45,458 nucleotides of DNA from Pseudomonas phage vB_PseudoP-SA22: sequence record OP793496.1; one strand, given 5' to 3'. Within the stretch, counting starts at the first letter, position 1; the number at the start of each line of letters is the position of its first letter. Made by a program: the position numbers and the translations under genes. Shown piece after piece: positions 34,578 to 43,078 of this stretch. The notes under the pieces are model-generated. The model had not been told where the DNA came from, did not search any database, and saw only the letters and a program-made list of their open reading frames with translations.

Positions 34578-36110
34578 CTATTTATTTTCGATTACACACT
34601 CACCACAGATGAACTCGCACTCATCCAGGCTACCAGTGAACTTGGCACCTTCGTATACCGTCAGATGACGATTACGCTGGTCATATGCGGTTGGGATCTT
34701 CCCGCAAGATGCACATCCCTGGGACACGAAGTCCCGAAAGACATGCACGTTGTTGAAGGTGTGGCCTTGCACCTTCAGGGGGTAGGTGATGTTGGCCGGA
34801 GGGGTGTTCCCCGAGGTGCCGCCGACTTGAACCCTGGGTTTAGAATGGGATTTCGTCTCCGATGAGATCGTTCCAATCCTCAACACTGGGGTAGTCTCCC
34901 CAGGAGTCGGCCGATGCTTTGGGTCCAGGCAGCTTACCGCCAGATCCTCGACAGTAACCTTGAGATCACGGTCTTGGCCGATGAAGTAGGCATTGGATAT
35001 ACTCCCTCGGAGGACGGTGTATCCGTGGACTTTGGCGACGTTGATGCCATGAGCTTCGATGAGAAGGTTTTCTTCACGCTCGATTCCAGTGACAGTTCCG
35101 TATTCGCTTCCGTTTGCGTAGGCCTCGATCTTGACAACATCGAAGGTGACGAGTTGCCGGTGCTTGAAGGTGCTACCTGCTGCGTCGAGGTTGTTGTTGA
35201 TCCGGAGGGTGTTCCTTGCGTACGCATCGCCAGTCGTTCCATACGACGAGCCCGCTTGGCTGCCTTTCGTTCCCGCTTGGCTGCCTTGGCTTCGGCTGTA
35301 GTCATCGTAGTCCGAGACACCGATGTAGCGACTCCACCATGCCGCTGTTTGCCTTTCGCTTTCGGGAATCGGGAGGTCCAGAAACGTGACCGGAGTGGTC
35401 TGGGGTTCTGCACCCTTTCGCACTCCGGCCTCCGTGAACGGGATAGTTACCAGGACTTCGGCCTTCAGTTCAGCGATGGGAGAACGCAGGCGGATCTTAG
35501 CATTGGGTCGCTCCAGGAAAACCTTGAGCATCCCAGGCTCCGATGCCCATACGATGGTCCCGGTGGTGGTAACCGCCATGAACAGAGGACGATCCTCGTT
35601 ACGGATGAAGTTCAGGCTACGTTCCTTGGAATCCCACCAGACAACCGCAGCAGCACCAGAGAACTTCTCCTCGAACGTCTTCTTGGCACCGTGGTTGGCA
35701 ATGGTAGCGCATAGCATGTTGGAATCCACGTTGTACTTATCATTGCCGTCCAGCAGGTGCAGGCCCCAGGTATCTACGGTTCCGTTATGTACCATGGTGA
35801 TGTGGTCTACCTGGAAGGGGTGGGCATTACCATGGTCCGTCTTGTCGCCCATCGTGGCGTAACGGTTGTGACCCATGTAGATGCGAGCCCGACCCTTGTC
35901 CAGGAACTCCTTGGTTTCAGGATCAGCCAGGAAGTCGTAGGCATCTACTGCCCGCTTGTGAATTCCTACCTCGTTCTTAACCGGGTCGATCTTGGCCAAA
36001 CCGGTGGCGTGAGCACCACGGATAATATCCACGGCCAGGAGGGATTTGAGAAGAGCGATTTCGTTATCACTCGCGTTAGTTGTGGCACAGAAGCCTACCA
36101 ATCCACACAT
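34578..36110 (-). CDS. Class-II (Ntn) glutamine amidotransferase fused to an unknown beta-rich domain with C-terminal C4 zinc ribbon
   Basis: MCGLVGF...GAHATGLA...GHNRYATMG with Cys2 nucleophile, as in PurF/GlmS/AsnB N-terminal domains; low-complexity linker SQGSQAGTKGSQAGSS; C-terminal CASCG...CGEC. Confidence 0.75.
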   Translation of the reverse strand: MCGLVGFCATTNASDNEIALLKSLLAVDIIRGAHATGLAKIDPVKNEVGIHKRAVDAYDFLADPETKEFLDKGRARIYMGHNRYATMGDKTDHGNAHPFQVDHITMVHNGTVDTWGLHLLDGNDKYNVDSNMLCATIANHGAKKTFEEKFSGAAAVVWWDSKERSLNFIRNEDRPLFMAVTTTGTIVWASEPGMLKVFLERPNAKIRLRSPIAELKAEVLVTIPFTEAGVRKGAEPQTTPVTFLDLPIPESERQTAAWWSRYIGVSDYDDYSRSQGSQAGTKGSQAGSSYGTTGDAYARNTLRINNNLDAAGSTFKHRQLVTFDVVKIEAYANGSEYGTVTGIEREENLLIEAHGINVAKVHGYTVLRGSISNAYFIGQDRDLKVTVEDLAVSCLDPKHRPTPGETTPVLRIGTISSETKSHSKPRVQVGGTSGNTPPANITYPLKVQGHTFNNVHVFRDFVSQGCASCGKIPTAYDQRNRHLTVYEGAKFTGSLDECEFICGECVIENK

Positions 36111-36121
36111 TGTATTTCTCC

Positions 36122-37297
36122 TTAGTACATATCTGGTTCGATTGTTACGCCGGTATGGCGCTGAAGGTGCTGCGGGTTATCCATGAGCAGTACGAAGGCA
36201 TCTTGAAGAGCCTCTTGGTCCTCCAGAAGGTCTCGTACACGCACTTGGTGACCAATACGACGCAGAGAAGTTACCGCAGTAATCGCCGTATCCAGTCGAA
36301 CCTGGGTACCTGGGACCATTGCCAAGTTGTACCGCTCTGCTGCACCATCGAGTAGTCTGGAGGTAGTAGATCGAGCCAGCAGCAGCCTACGATCCAAAAC
36401 CCTCTGACGCTCACGTTCCTGCTCCCGGAGACGACGCTGACGGTTCTGTTCATCCTCCAGAGGGTCTACCCCGGAGCGAACAAATCCCATGGTTGCTACC
36501 GCGAGAGTAGCACTGGCGATCCCCATCTCACGACCACCTGGAGACATTTCATAGTCCGGAGATACCCCCAGGAAGAACACATCACGGAGATTCACCTCGG
36601 AGAGAACCTTGAGGAACTCTTCCAGCGGGGTTTCTGCGTGAGCCATAGCGAAGGCCTTGAGACACAACATACGCTGCATCAGGCCTACCATCTCCTGCCG
36701 AGTAGTGAGAGCATGGGCCCCACGGAACTCGATGGATCCGAAGTTGTGGGTTACCTGGAGGTTCAAGGCCGAATACTTTGGCCAGGAGGTAAGACCCAAG
36801 ACTTTCTCTCGGTCACCTTCCGGGGCCAGGATACGGCGACCAAAGGTCTGGGCCAGCCAGTCGTTGCTGAAGAACGGGATGCAGAAGTTACTATCCCGAC
36901 GATACGGCTGACAGTGATCGAAGAAAACATCCTCGAATGCCATGTAGGTCAGGACCGTTCGCTCATAAACCGGCCACTCTACGTCCCGCATATCCATGTG
37001 CAGGTGGGTGGAGCAACGGAAGGTGGGGGCCGGAGGGGTTTCTTCCATCGCACTAACGAAGGATTCAACCCGAGTGATTGCCTTCTGGCCAGAGGCGGGA
37101 CCGGAGAAGACATACTCCATACCCTCCCGCAGAGAACCGTCACCCTTCAGATCCCACCCATCCACTTCCGGCCAGTTGTTGAGGCCTTCCAGTTCGACTT
37201 CGAAACCGAAGGAAGCAACCGCAGGCAGTTCCTCGTGGTGTTCCGGGGCAATGATCTGGTTCTTACGGAACCCTATCTGTGTGCCAATAACTGACAT
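36122..37297 (-). CDS. Glutamine-synthetase-like amidoligase (GCS2/YbdK-type carboxylate-amine ligase), paralogue 1
   Basis: N-terminal FGFEVELEG (E-x-E), CSTHLHMDMRD (H-x-H), GSIEFRGAHA (E-x-R): the three signature strands of the GS/GCS2 fold. Confidence 0.6.
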   Translation of the reverse strand: MSVIGTQIGFRKNQIIAPEHHEELPAVASFGFEVELEGLNNWPEVDGWDLKGDGSLREGMEYVFSGPASGQKAITRVESFVSAMEETPPAPTFRCSTHLHMDMRDVEWPVYERTVLTYMAFEDVFFDHCQPYRRDSNFCIPFFSNDWLAQTFGRRILAPEGDREKVLGLTSWPKYSALNLQVTHNFGSIEFRGAHALTTRQEMVGLMQRMLCLKAFAMAHAETPLEEFLKVLSEVNLRDVFFLGVSPDYEMSPGGREMGIASATLAVATMGFVRSGVDPLEDEQNRQRRLREQERERQRVLDRRLLLARSTTSRLLDGAAERYNLAMVPGTQVRLDTAITAVTSLRRIGHQVRVRDLLEDQEALQDAFVLLMDNPQHLQRHTGVTIEPDMY

Positions 37298-37842
37298 AGC
37301 AAGTCCTCCTGGTTCTTGAATTGTTCATCTGCGGACAGTCGGCCATCTACCATCTGACCAACCTTCACCCCCTTCCAGTGAACTACCCCATCCTTGATGA
37401 AGAAGTCCCGGTGGGAGGGAGCAGAGATCATTTCCTCGGCCTGGGTGAAGATTCGGATCATCATTTCGCCGGTGATAGCCTGTTGGCCATGGTTCAGCAA
37501 GATGTTCCGTGGATCTACACCCTTACGCTGGGTCCGGTTGTTCACGAGGAATGATACATAGGTATCACGAACCCCACGGCCAAAGACGTCATAGTACCCA
37601 CTGGAGGGCCGCACGCTTTCTACCTCGCTGTAGACAACCCCACCGTAGTAGTTACTGCCGTCGGGTCGGTACACGTTGCCAAGGAGACGAAACCCATCGA
37701 ATTGACGGTCGTCACCAATGGACTCGGTATCGTCCACGTACACTACCCGAGGCTCGCCGTCCACCCGGAAGAAGGCATAGGTGGAGGAGTAGTACATGTT
37801 GAAGTCTCCGGACAACCGATGGCGATTATTCAGGTCATTCAT
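37273..37842 (-). CDS. Hypothetical protein (189 aa) within amidoligase operon
   Basis: Overlapping start/stop with both neighbours. Confidence 0.45.
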   Translation of the reverse strand: MNDLNNRHRLSGDFNMYYSSTYAFFRVDGEPRVVYVDDTESIGDDRQFDGFRLLGNVYRPDGSNYYGGVVYSEVESVRPSSGYYDVFGRGVRDTYVSFLVNNRTQRKGVDPRNILLNHGQQAITGEMMIRIFTQAEEMISAPSHRDFFIKDGVVHWKGVKVGQMVDGRLSADEQFKNQEDLLCQLLAHR

Positions 37843-38635
37843 ATACCACCCCCAGCGCTTTAAGTGCAGCTACCGCCGCGGCGCCGTCGTTCTCGTTGAT
37901 GATTCGCTGGACTTCATCGCCAGATACGATGGACTTGTACTCCTCCAGGAGGTGCTTGGAGGTGTAAGCCCGTACTGCCATTTCATAGACCCACTCGGTC
38001 AGATCGACAGAGAAGATCCAGAAGTTCGACAGGCTACGGTACTCGCCGCCGTAGGGCTTATAGCGCATTGCGCCAGCCTTGCCGTACAGCTTCTTACGCT
38101 GGGTGTCACCGTCGAGGATGACAGACGCCAGGCCCAGGAGGTAGTCACACATCTGCATGACCTCGCGGGTGTTCGCTTTGGTGACTCGCTCGATGTGGCT
38201 GAAGCCGATATGGACGTGGCCGCCAGCAGTTCGCAGGGTCGGAGGGGCATCCTTCGGCATCACGTTCTGACGACGAGTCCAGCAGTTGTAGTCCGGCTCG
38301 CAACCGAAGACGTAAGCCTGGGGACCGAAGCTGCGGAGGAGTTCCTCGTCGTACAGGTGAGACGACAGGTTCTCGATGATGTTCATGCCGAAGGGGTGGA
38401 GCATCTGGGCACCAAGGAGTCGGACGGAAATGATCCGCTTGACGAACTCTTCCTTGGTGCTGGCCGGGTCGATGTTGTACTCCAGAAGAACGTTGTCTTC
38501 TTGGACGGCACCACCGGCTACAGCCAAGGGCGCTTCCTTGGTTCCACCGATGAAGCCGATGACGCTCTGGGGGTTACGGTCGTAGCCGACGAAAACTTCG
38601 GGATCTGCACCGATCAGGGGGATTGCGTTGTTCAT
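37835..38635 (-). CDS. Glutamine-synthetase-like amidoligase, paralogue 2 (shorter)
   Basis: LIGADPEVFVG (E), TAGGHVHIGF (H-x-H), YGGEYRSLS (E-x-R). Confidence 0.55.
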   Translation of the reverse strand: MNNAIPLIGADPEVFVGYDRNPQSVIGFIGGTKEAPLAVAGGAVQEDNVLLEYNIDPASTKEEFVKRIISVRLLGAQMLHPFGMNIIENLSSHLYDEELLRSFGPQAYVFGCEPDYNCWTRRQNVMPKDAPPTLRTAGGHVHIGFSHIERVTKANTREVMQMCDYLLGLASVILDGDTQRKKLYGKAGAMRYKPYGGEYRSLSNFWIFSVDLTEWVYEMAVRAYTSKHLLEEYKSIVSGDEVQRIINENDGAAAVAALKALGVVYE

Positions 38636-39588
38636 TGCATGTTCTCCAGTTTTTCGAGGATTTCGGGGATGCTGTATTGGCTGGTGGGTACGACCTCGGA
38701 CCTTTCCCGACCTGGGTCACCTACGTCAATGGTGATTGGGGCCATGATGGAAAGGATTCGGTCATTAGGTACACCTTCAAGACCGTCGCATTCGATCAGG
38801 TAATCATCCTTGGTATACCCCTGCCACAACTCAGCGTCGTGATGCTTGAGCTTGTCCTTGAACTCTTCGCGAGTCCGCTCATGGATGCTCTTAATATCGA
38901 AGTAGGTGATATTCTTGTACCCACCTACGATACCATCCATGACCTCGCTTATGTAGCTGTCATCCACCTCCCAGCCGTGGCTCTCGCAGCCCTCCCGGTA
39001 TTCACCAGCAGTCACCGGGAACATGGCCGGATAGCTGTCGCAATGAGCAGTGCTACCTACCTGGGCACAAGCCGCGAGGGTGAGAATCTCTGCATTGCAG
39101 CCCAGGATTTTATCACGATTTTCCTGGGTGATGCGACGCATGGAATCACCTACACACCACAAGCGATCTCCCATTCGGAGAGCACAGATGATGGCCGATG
39201 CGTTCTTCCTGAGGTCCACCCGTACATACACTGCCTGCCGGCGTCCTGGGGGTGAGAAGTGGTTGGGATCACTGAGATTCTGGAGATCATCGTCGTAATT
39301 CCACCAACGGGTAGGCCAGTCGATAGAAGCCGAGAGGATACCGCCATCGGTAATCCTGTTGACCAGATCACTGTTCAGGAACTCCACCAGTTTACCAGAG
39401 GTATTCTCGTGGGTAGATACCAGCAGGTGGCCAACCCCGGTAACCCACCGGTCGCCCCCAACGTCGGAGGTCCGGTCGCAATAGGCCCCGAAGCAGTTTG
39501 TATATTCGGCCATCATTTTGACCGAGTAGTGGTGTACCACAGAGCCCTCGGCATCATAGTACACATTATGGGCTGCATACATTCCCAT
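38632..39588 (-). CDS. Hypothetical protein (318 aa), Cys/His-rich, within amidoligase operon
   Basis: ATGA overlap with paralogue 2; AGGAG SD. Confidence 0.45.
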   Translation of the reverse strand: MGMYAAHNVYYDAEGSVVHHYSVKMMAEYTNCFGAYCDRTSDVGGDRWVTGVGHLLVSTHENTSGKLVEFLNSDLVNRITDGGILSASIDWPTRWWNYDDDLQNLSDPNHFSPPGRRQAVYVRVDLRKNASAIICALRMGDRLWCVGDSMRRITQENRDKILGCNAEILTLAACAQVGSTAHCDSYPAMFPVTAGEYREGCESHGWEVDDSYISEVMDGIVGGYKNITYFDIKSIHERTREEFKDKLKHHDAELWQGYTKDDYLIECDGLEGVPNDRILSIMAPITIDVGDPGRERSEVVPTSQYSIPEILEKLENMQ

Positions 39589-39606
39589 TTGATTTCTCCT
39601 TGGTTG

Positions 39607-40569
39607 TCAGAAGTTTTTCTCGATGAAGTCTTCGAGGGCCGCATAGACAGCCTGTTCGCCGCTTCGCCAGCCAATCTCACCCATGATCCCCAGCATGACT
39701 ACTCCGTATTTTTCACAGGTATGAAGATAAAGGCGGATGAAACCTCCCACCTCGCTATCTACGGTCATGTAGGGGTCTTTCTTTCCGAAGACGGTTGGCT
39801 GAGGGGCTATGGTAACCACCTCCACCTTGTCCAACTGAATCTTCAGGAATTCAGACCGCCAGGGTGTACTCCTTACCCACTCACGTCCACCTGGGGCATC
39901 CCGATTGGCCATCCAACGACCGAATCGCATAGACTCTTCAGCGGATTGGATGTGGATATCCCCCTTCTTGAGATCATCCCAATCGCTACTGAACATGTAG
40001 TTGGAGAGGGGATACCCGGTGTAGCCATTGGCTATCAGCCCGTGGAAGGACATTGCGAGGTAGGACTTCCAGAAGCCATGCTTCTCAGCAAGCTTCAGAT
40101 GAACCTCCTCTTCACGACCTAGGTAATCGAGTCCGCTGGAGATCATCTTGAAGAGGAATTTCATGATGGGGTACCAGGAATCCAGGGTGTGTACCTTGGG
40201 GTTGAAGTAGATACCGCAGACCCCTTCCTTTCCGTGTTGGGTGGGGGAAATCATTTCCGGCCCGCAGACGTACTTCACGAAGGGGGAATCTTTGGCCTTG
40301 CTTTCGTAAGACCAGAAGTGGACCTTCGGGATCTTGAAGGCCTTGCCGCCGATGGTGATGGTCTTGAGTTCACCTTGGGTACACTTGTTGAGTGCATCGA
40401 CGAACTTCTTGCTTCGACGGGAGCAGATGAAGGTCCAACCGTCGAGCTTATAGCCGTGGGTTACCGGACCTTCCATGGTACCGAAGCAGGAGGAAGAGGT
40501 CATCACCTTGAGTGCCTTAACCCCAGACTCCTTGGACTTCATACCGAAGGCATACTTGATACGGGCCAT
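39607..40569 (-). CDS. Hypothetical enzyme-sized protein (320 aa), first gene of amidoligase operon
   Basis: AGGAG SD directly after stem-loop element B. Confidence 0.45.
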   Translation of the reverse strand: MARIKYAFGMKSKESGVKALKVMTSSSCFGTMEGPVTHGYKLDGWTFICSRRSKKFVDALNKCTQGELKTITIGGKAFKIPKVHFWSYESKAKDSPFVKYVCGPEMISPTQHGKEGVCGIYFNPKVHTLDSWYPIMKFLFKMISSGLDYLGREEEVHLKLAEKHGFWKSYLAMSFHGLIANGYTGYPLSNYMFSSDWDDLKKGDIHIQSAEESMRFGRWMANRDAPGGREWVRSTPWRSEFLKIQLDKVEVVTIAPQPTVFGKKDPYMTVDSEVGGFIRLYLHTCEKYGVVMLGIMGEIGWRSGEQAVYAALEDFIEKNF

Positions 40570-40593
40570 TTGTTTTCTCCTTGGTTGAGTTAG

Positions 40594-40637
40594 CCAGCAA
40601 TACCCCCAGGACAGGAATACTAGGGGTATTACTAGCG
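40594..40637. repeat. Conserved long stem-loop element, copy B (CCAGCAATACCCCCAGG ... CTAGGGGTATTACTAGCG)
   Basis: 14/17-bp stem, 9-nt loop; arms homologous to element A; immediately 5' of the operon first gene SD on - strand. Confidence 0.7.
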
Positions 40638-40657
40638 ACCTCTAAGTTACTTAGAAG

Positions 40658-40780
40658 GTGCCACGGCGCTGTTGCTTGCCTTTGGTCGGTGCCGACACCT
40701 TGGTGGCCTTGAGGTTGCCGTTCAGGGTCAATTCACCGTTGGAGCAGAGACGCTCATAGAAAACCTTACGCTTACCCATT
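40658..40780 (-). CDS. Possible 40-aa basic peptide
   Basis: Manual translation MGKRKVFYERLCSNGELTLNGNLKATKVSAPTKGKQQRRGTF; below ORF-track cutoff. Confidence 0.25.
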
Positions 40781-40790
40781 GTTCACCTCC

Positions 40791-41615
40791 TTAGCGAACG
40801 TTGATGAAGGGCATGGCTTGGCCGCCGGTGACGTAGGTAGGCAGCTTGCCGTCCCACTTCTCGATGGCATTCAGTTCTACCACGCCGGGGTTCTGGCGGA
40901 GGGCTTCACCCTGGATGCGGAGGCTTTCGGCCTTACCTTGTGCCACCAGGATAGCCGCTTGCTTCTCACCCTCGGCTGCCGCGATAGCCTTAGCTGCCTC
41001 GGCCTGGGTCTGACGCAGTTCGTTCTCGCGCTGCATCGCCGTCTGAGTGGCCTTGATCTTGGCATTGATCGCCTCGACCACCTGCGCCGGCAGACCGATC
41101 ATACCGTTGAGGTACAGGCTTTCGACGATGATGCCACGGGTGGAGAAGTGCTCACGGACGGCAGCTTCGACTTCCTTCACGAAGGCTTCCTTGCCCGGAC
41201 CATAGATGGACTCGGCGGACTTTTTGCTGCTGGCGTTGTTCACGGCGTTACGGACCACCTGCGGCACGTTCACGCTTACGATCTCGTTCATGCCCTTGCG
41301 GTAGGTCTGGAACAGCAGGGGTGCGCTACCCGGAGCAGCCCGGAGGGTGACGCCGATGGGGAAGTCCAGCTTCAGGCCGTCCTTGTCCTGGGCAGTAACC
41401 ACCGCCAGATCGAAGTTCTGGTTGAAGGTGGGGAACTTGAACAACTCCTCGTTGGGGGTCAGGAACTTCCAGCCGACCGGAGTTTCCTTCAGATCGACGC
41501 CTTTGGAGTCGCCCATCATGTTGACGACGACGCCGGTATAGCCAGCGGGAACCTTGGAGCAACCTGCGGTGATTGCGAGAGCAGCAATGGCCAGGAGGCC
41601 GAGGATTTTCTTCAT
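40791..41615 (-). CDS. SPFH (band-7/stomatin/HflKC-like) domain lipoprotein
   Basis: Lipoprotein signal MKKILGLLAIAALAITAGC; SPFH-like core then Ala/Glu/Gln-rich coiled coil AMQRENELRQTQAEAAKAIAAAEGEKQAAILVAQGKAESLRIQGEALRQ. Confidence 0.65.
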   Translation of the reverse strand: MKKILGLLAIAALAITAGCSKVPAGYTGVVVNMMGDSKGVDLKETPVGWKFLTPNEELFKFPTFNQNFDLAVVTAQDKDGLKLDFPIGVTLRAAPGSAPLLFQTYRKGMNEIVSVNVPQVVRNAVNNASSKKSAESIYGPGKEAFVKEVEAAVREHFSTRGIIVESLYLNGMIGLPAQVVEAINAKIKATQTAMQRENELRQTQAEAAKAIAAAEGEKQAAILVAQGKAESLRIQGEALRQNPGVVELNAIEKWDGKLPTYVTGGQAMPFINVR

Positions 41616-41624
41616 AGGGATTCC

Positions 41625-41843
41625 TTACTTGTAGAGAAGAGGGGTGATGTAGACCATGCACAATGCGATGAACATGACGAACATCAGTACATAGAAGCCC
41701 CAATCATGCGGGGGCTTACCTGGGTGGCCCAGCAGGCCGTCTATCTTATGTATGTTGTCGTAGAGGTCGGAGGTATCTTCGCCGATACCCTCCAGATCCA
41801 TGTGGATTGCCTTACGGAGGCGGTCTCGCTGCTGTTCCGTCAT
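41625..41843 (-). CDS. Small membrane protein with C-terminal TM; ATG lies inside a GTACTATGAC motif
   Basis: MTEQQRDRL...WGFYVLMFVMFIALCMVYITPLLYK. Confidence 0.5.
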   Translation of the reverse strand: MTEQQRDRLRKAIHMDLEGIGEDTSDLYDNIHKIDGLLGHPGKPPHDWGFYVLMFVMFIALCMVYITPLLYK

Positions 41844-41849
41844 AGTACA

Positions 41850-42302
41850 TCACACCTCCACCGTAAAGGGATGACCCTTGGGAAGTAACTCGAAGATGTA
41901 TTCCACCCGCTCGGGTTGAATGTCCCAACTGTCGCCAGTCTCCAGGCAGATGAAGGGAAGCGTCTCGGTGTCAAGGTTCAGTCTGCCTGACACGAAGATT
42001 CGACCATCCCCTCGGTGACGCCAGAAGTGGGGGACTACCTCTTGGGTAGTACGAACCTTTACTTCATTTTTCAGTCCTGCCAATTCATCACGAAGCTCCT
42101 GGATCTCCATTTCCATTCCTCCGCACTGATGGCGAGCATCATCACCCTTCGCTGCTGCGTCGAGTGCCATAGCCAACGACTTCTCCAATTCCTGGATCTT
42201 GGCCGTGGCTACCTCCAGACGCTTAGCGTACTCGTCGCGGTCATACATGACCTGCATGAACTTCTCGAAGCTGACGATGGGTTTCTCCGACTCACTCATC
42301 AT
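41850..42302 (-). CDS. Coiled-coil early protein (150 aa)
   Basis: ORF track. Confidence 0.45.
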   Translation of the reverse strand: MMSESEKPIVSFEKFMQVMYDRDEYAKRLEVATAKIQELEKSLAMALDAAAKGDDARHQCGGMEMEIQELRDELAGLKNEVKVRTTQEVVPHFWRHRGDGRIFVSGRLNLDTETLPFICLETGDSWDIQPERVEYIFELLPKGHPFTVEV

Positions 42303-42594
42303 CTACCCCCAGGGTCTTTACCCTTTTCTCCAGGCGTTTGCTGTAGTTGTACAGGTGGCTGACAGCCCAGAGGGAGTAGAGGATGGAGATCACCAGGAGG
42401 GCGGCACCGATGGCGTTAACCATGGTGTTAGCCGGGGACAGCATCTGGGGTACTACCCAGAGGATGCTTACCCATGCGGGGATAGCCAGAAGCATTACCC
42501 GAGTGTAGAGCTTGAGGACCATTGTTCTTACCTCTTTCTTAAGATGAAGAAGATAGAAGGTTAGAACCTTAGGTATCCTAGGGATATAAAGCAA
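42292..42594 (-). CDS. Two-TM membrane protein (100 aa), first gene after internal promoter
   Basis: LLAIPAWVSILWVVPQM and AIGAALLVISILYSLWAVSHL; AGAGG SD. Confidence 0.5.
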   Translation of the reverse strand: MLYIPRIPKVLTFYLLHLKKEVRTMVLKLYTRVMLLAIPAWVSILWVVPQMLSPANTMVNAIGAALLVISILYSLWAVSHLYNYSKRLEKRVKTLGVDDE

Positions 42595-42613
42595 CCCCGG
42601 ACACCTTAAGGTT

Positions 42614-42642
42614 ATTATACCACACTTTCAGCAGAATGTCAA
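42614..42642 (-). promoter_or_regulatory. Perfect-consensus sigma70 promoter TTGACA-17-TATAAT (extended TGTGg), leader homologous to the 29.2-kb promoter
   Basis: Minus strand cTTGACAttctgctgaaagtgtggTATAATaaccttaaggtgtccggggttgcttt. Confidence 0.8.
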
Positions 42643-42652
42643 GGTCTAGATG

Positions 42653-43078
42653 TTACAGACCTTTGCAGAGCTTGTCGAGGTATTCCGAGTGCTCGACAGT
42701 ACCGGGGAAGTCCTGCAAACCACCGAGTCGGCGGATGAGGACACCGTGGTTGATGAGGATCTCTGCCGCAGCTTGCACGTTGATGACGTGTACACGAACC
42801 TTCGTCGAGTGGTTGGCGCTGGACGCCCAGGGGTTGTAGTGGCTGCCCATGCGGCGGAGGATGGTATCGGCTACCACCTGCTCGTTGTTCACGGAGAAAA
42901 CGGCGGTGCCATGACCTTCGTTGTACTCACGACGGATGACGCCGATCAGTTCCCTGGCGAAAGTCCTGGGGCTGAACCCATTGGACGCAATGCCGGCGTA
43001 GTGGTCAGCAGTACCGGAGGGACCCATGCCGATGTAAATCTTGGCGGTGCAGCAGGAGGGGAAGTCTTTGCGTTGCAT
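42653..43078 (-). CDS. Hypothetical Rossmann-like protein (142 aa; start set at inner Met sharing TAATG with upstream stop)
   Basis: MQRKDFPSCCTAKIYIGMGPSGTADHYAGIASNG...; the track ORF (to 43180) would overlap the upstream gene by 100 nt. Confidence 0.4.
   Translation of the reverse strand: MQRKDFPSCCTAKIYIGMGPSGTADHYAGIASNGFSPRTFARELIGVIRREYNEGHGTAVFSVNNEQVVADTILRRMGSHYNPWASSANHSTKVRVHVINVQAAAEILINHGVLIRRLGGLQDFPGTVEHSEYLDKLCKGL

Noticed and set aside
40594-40637. Stem-loops A/B as rho-independent terminators
   Set aside because: On the minus (sense) strand neither hairpin is followed by a U tract; both are followed immediately by a Shine-Dalgarno sequence and start codon.
33455-41888. 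Long plus-strand ORFs 33455..34303, 34914..35714, 36638..37294, 37796..38803, 40779..41888
   Set aside because: All lie antisense to minus-strand genes that have recognisable enzymatic motifs (ATP-grasp, GATase, amidoligases, SPFH) and tight translational coupling; the plus frames are Gly/Arg/Val-rich with no SD signals.
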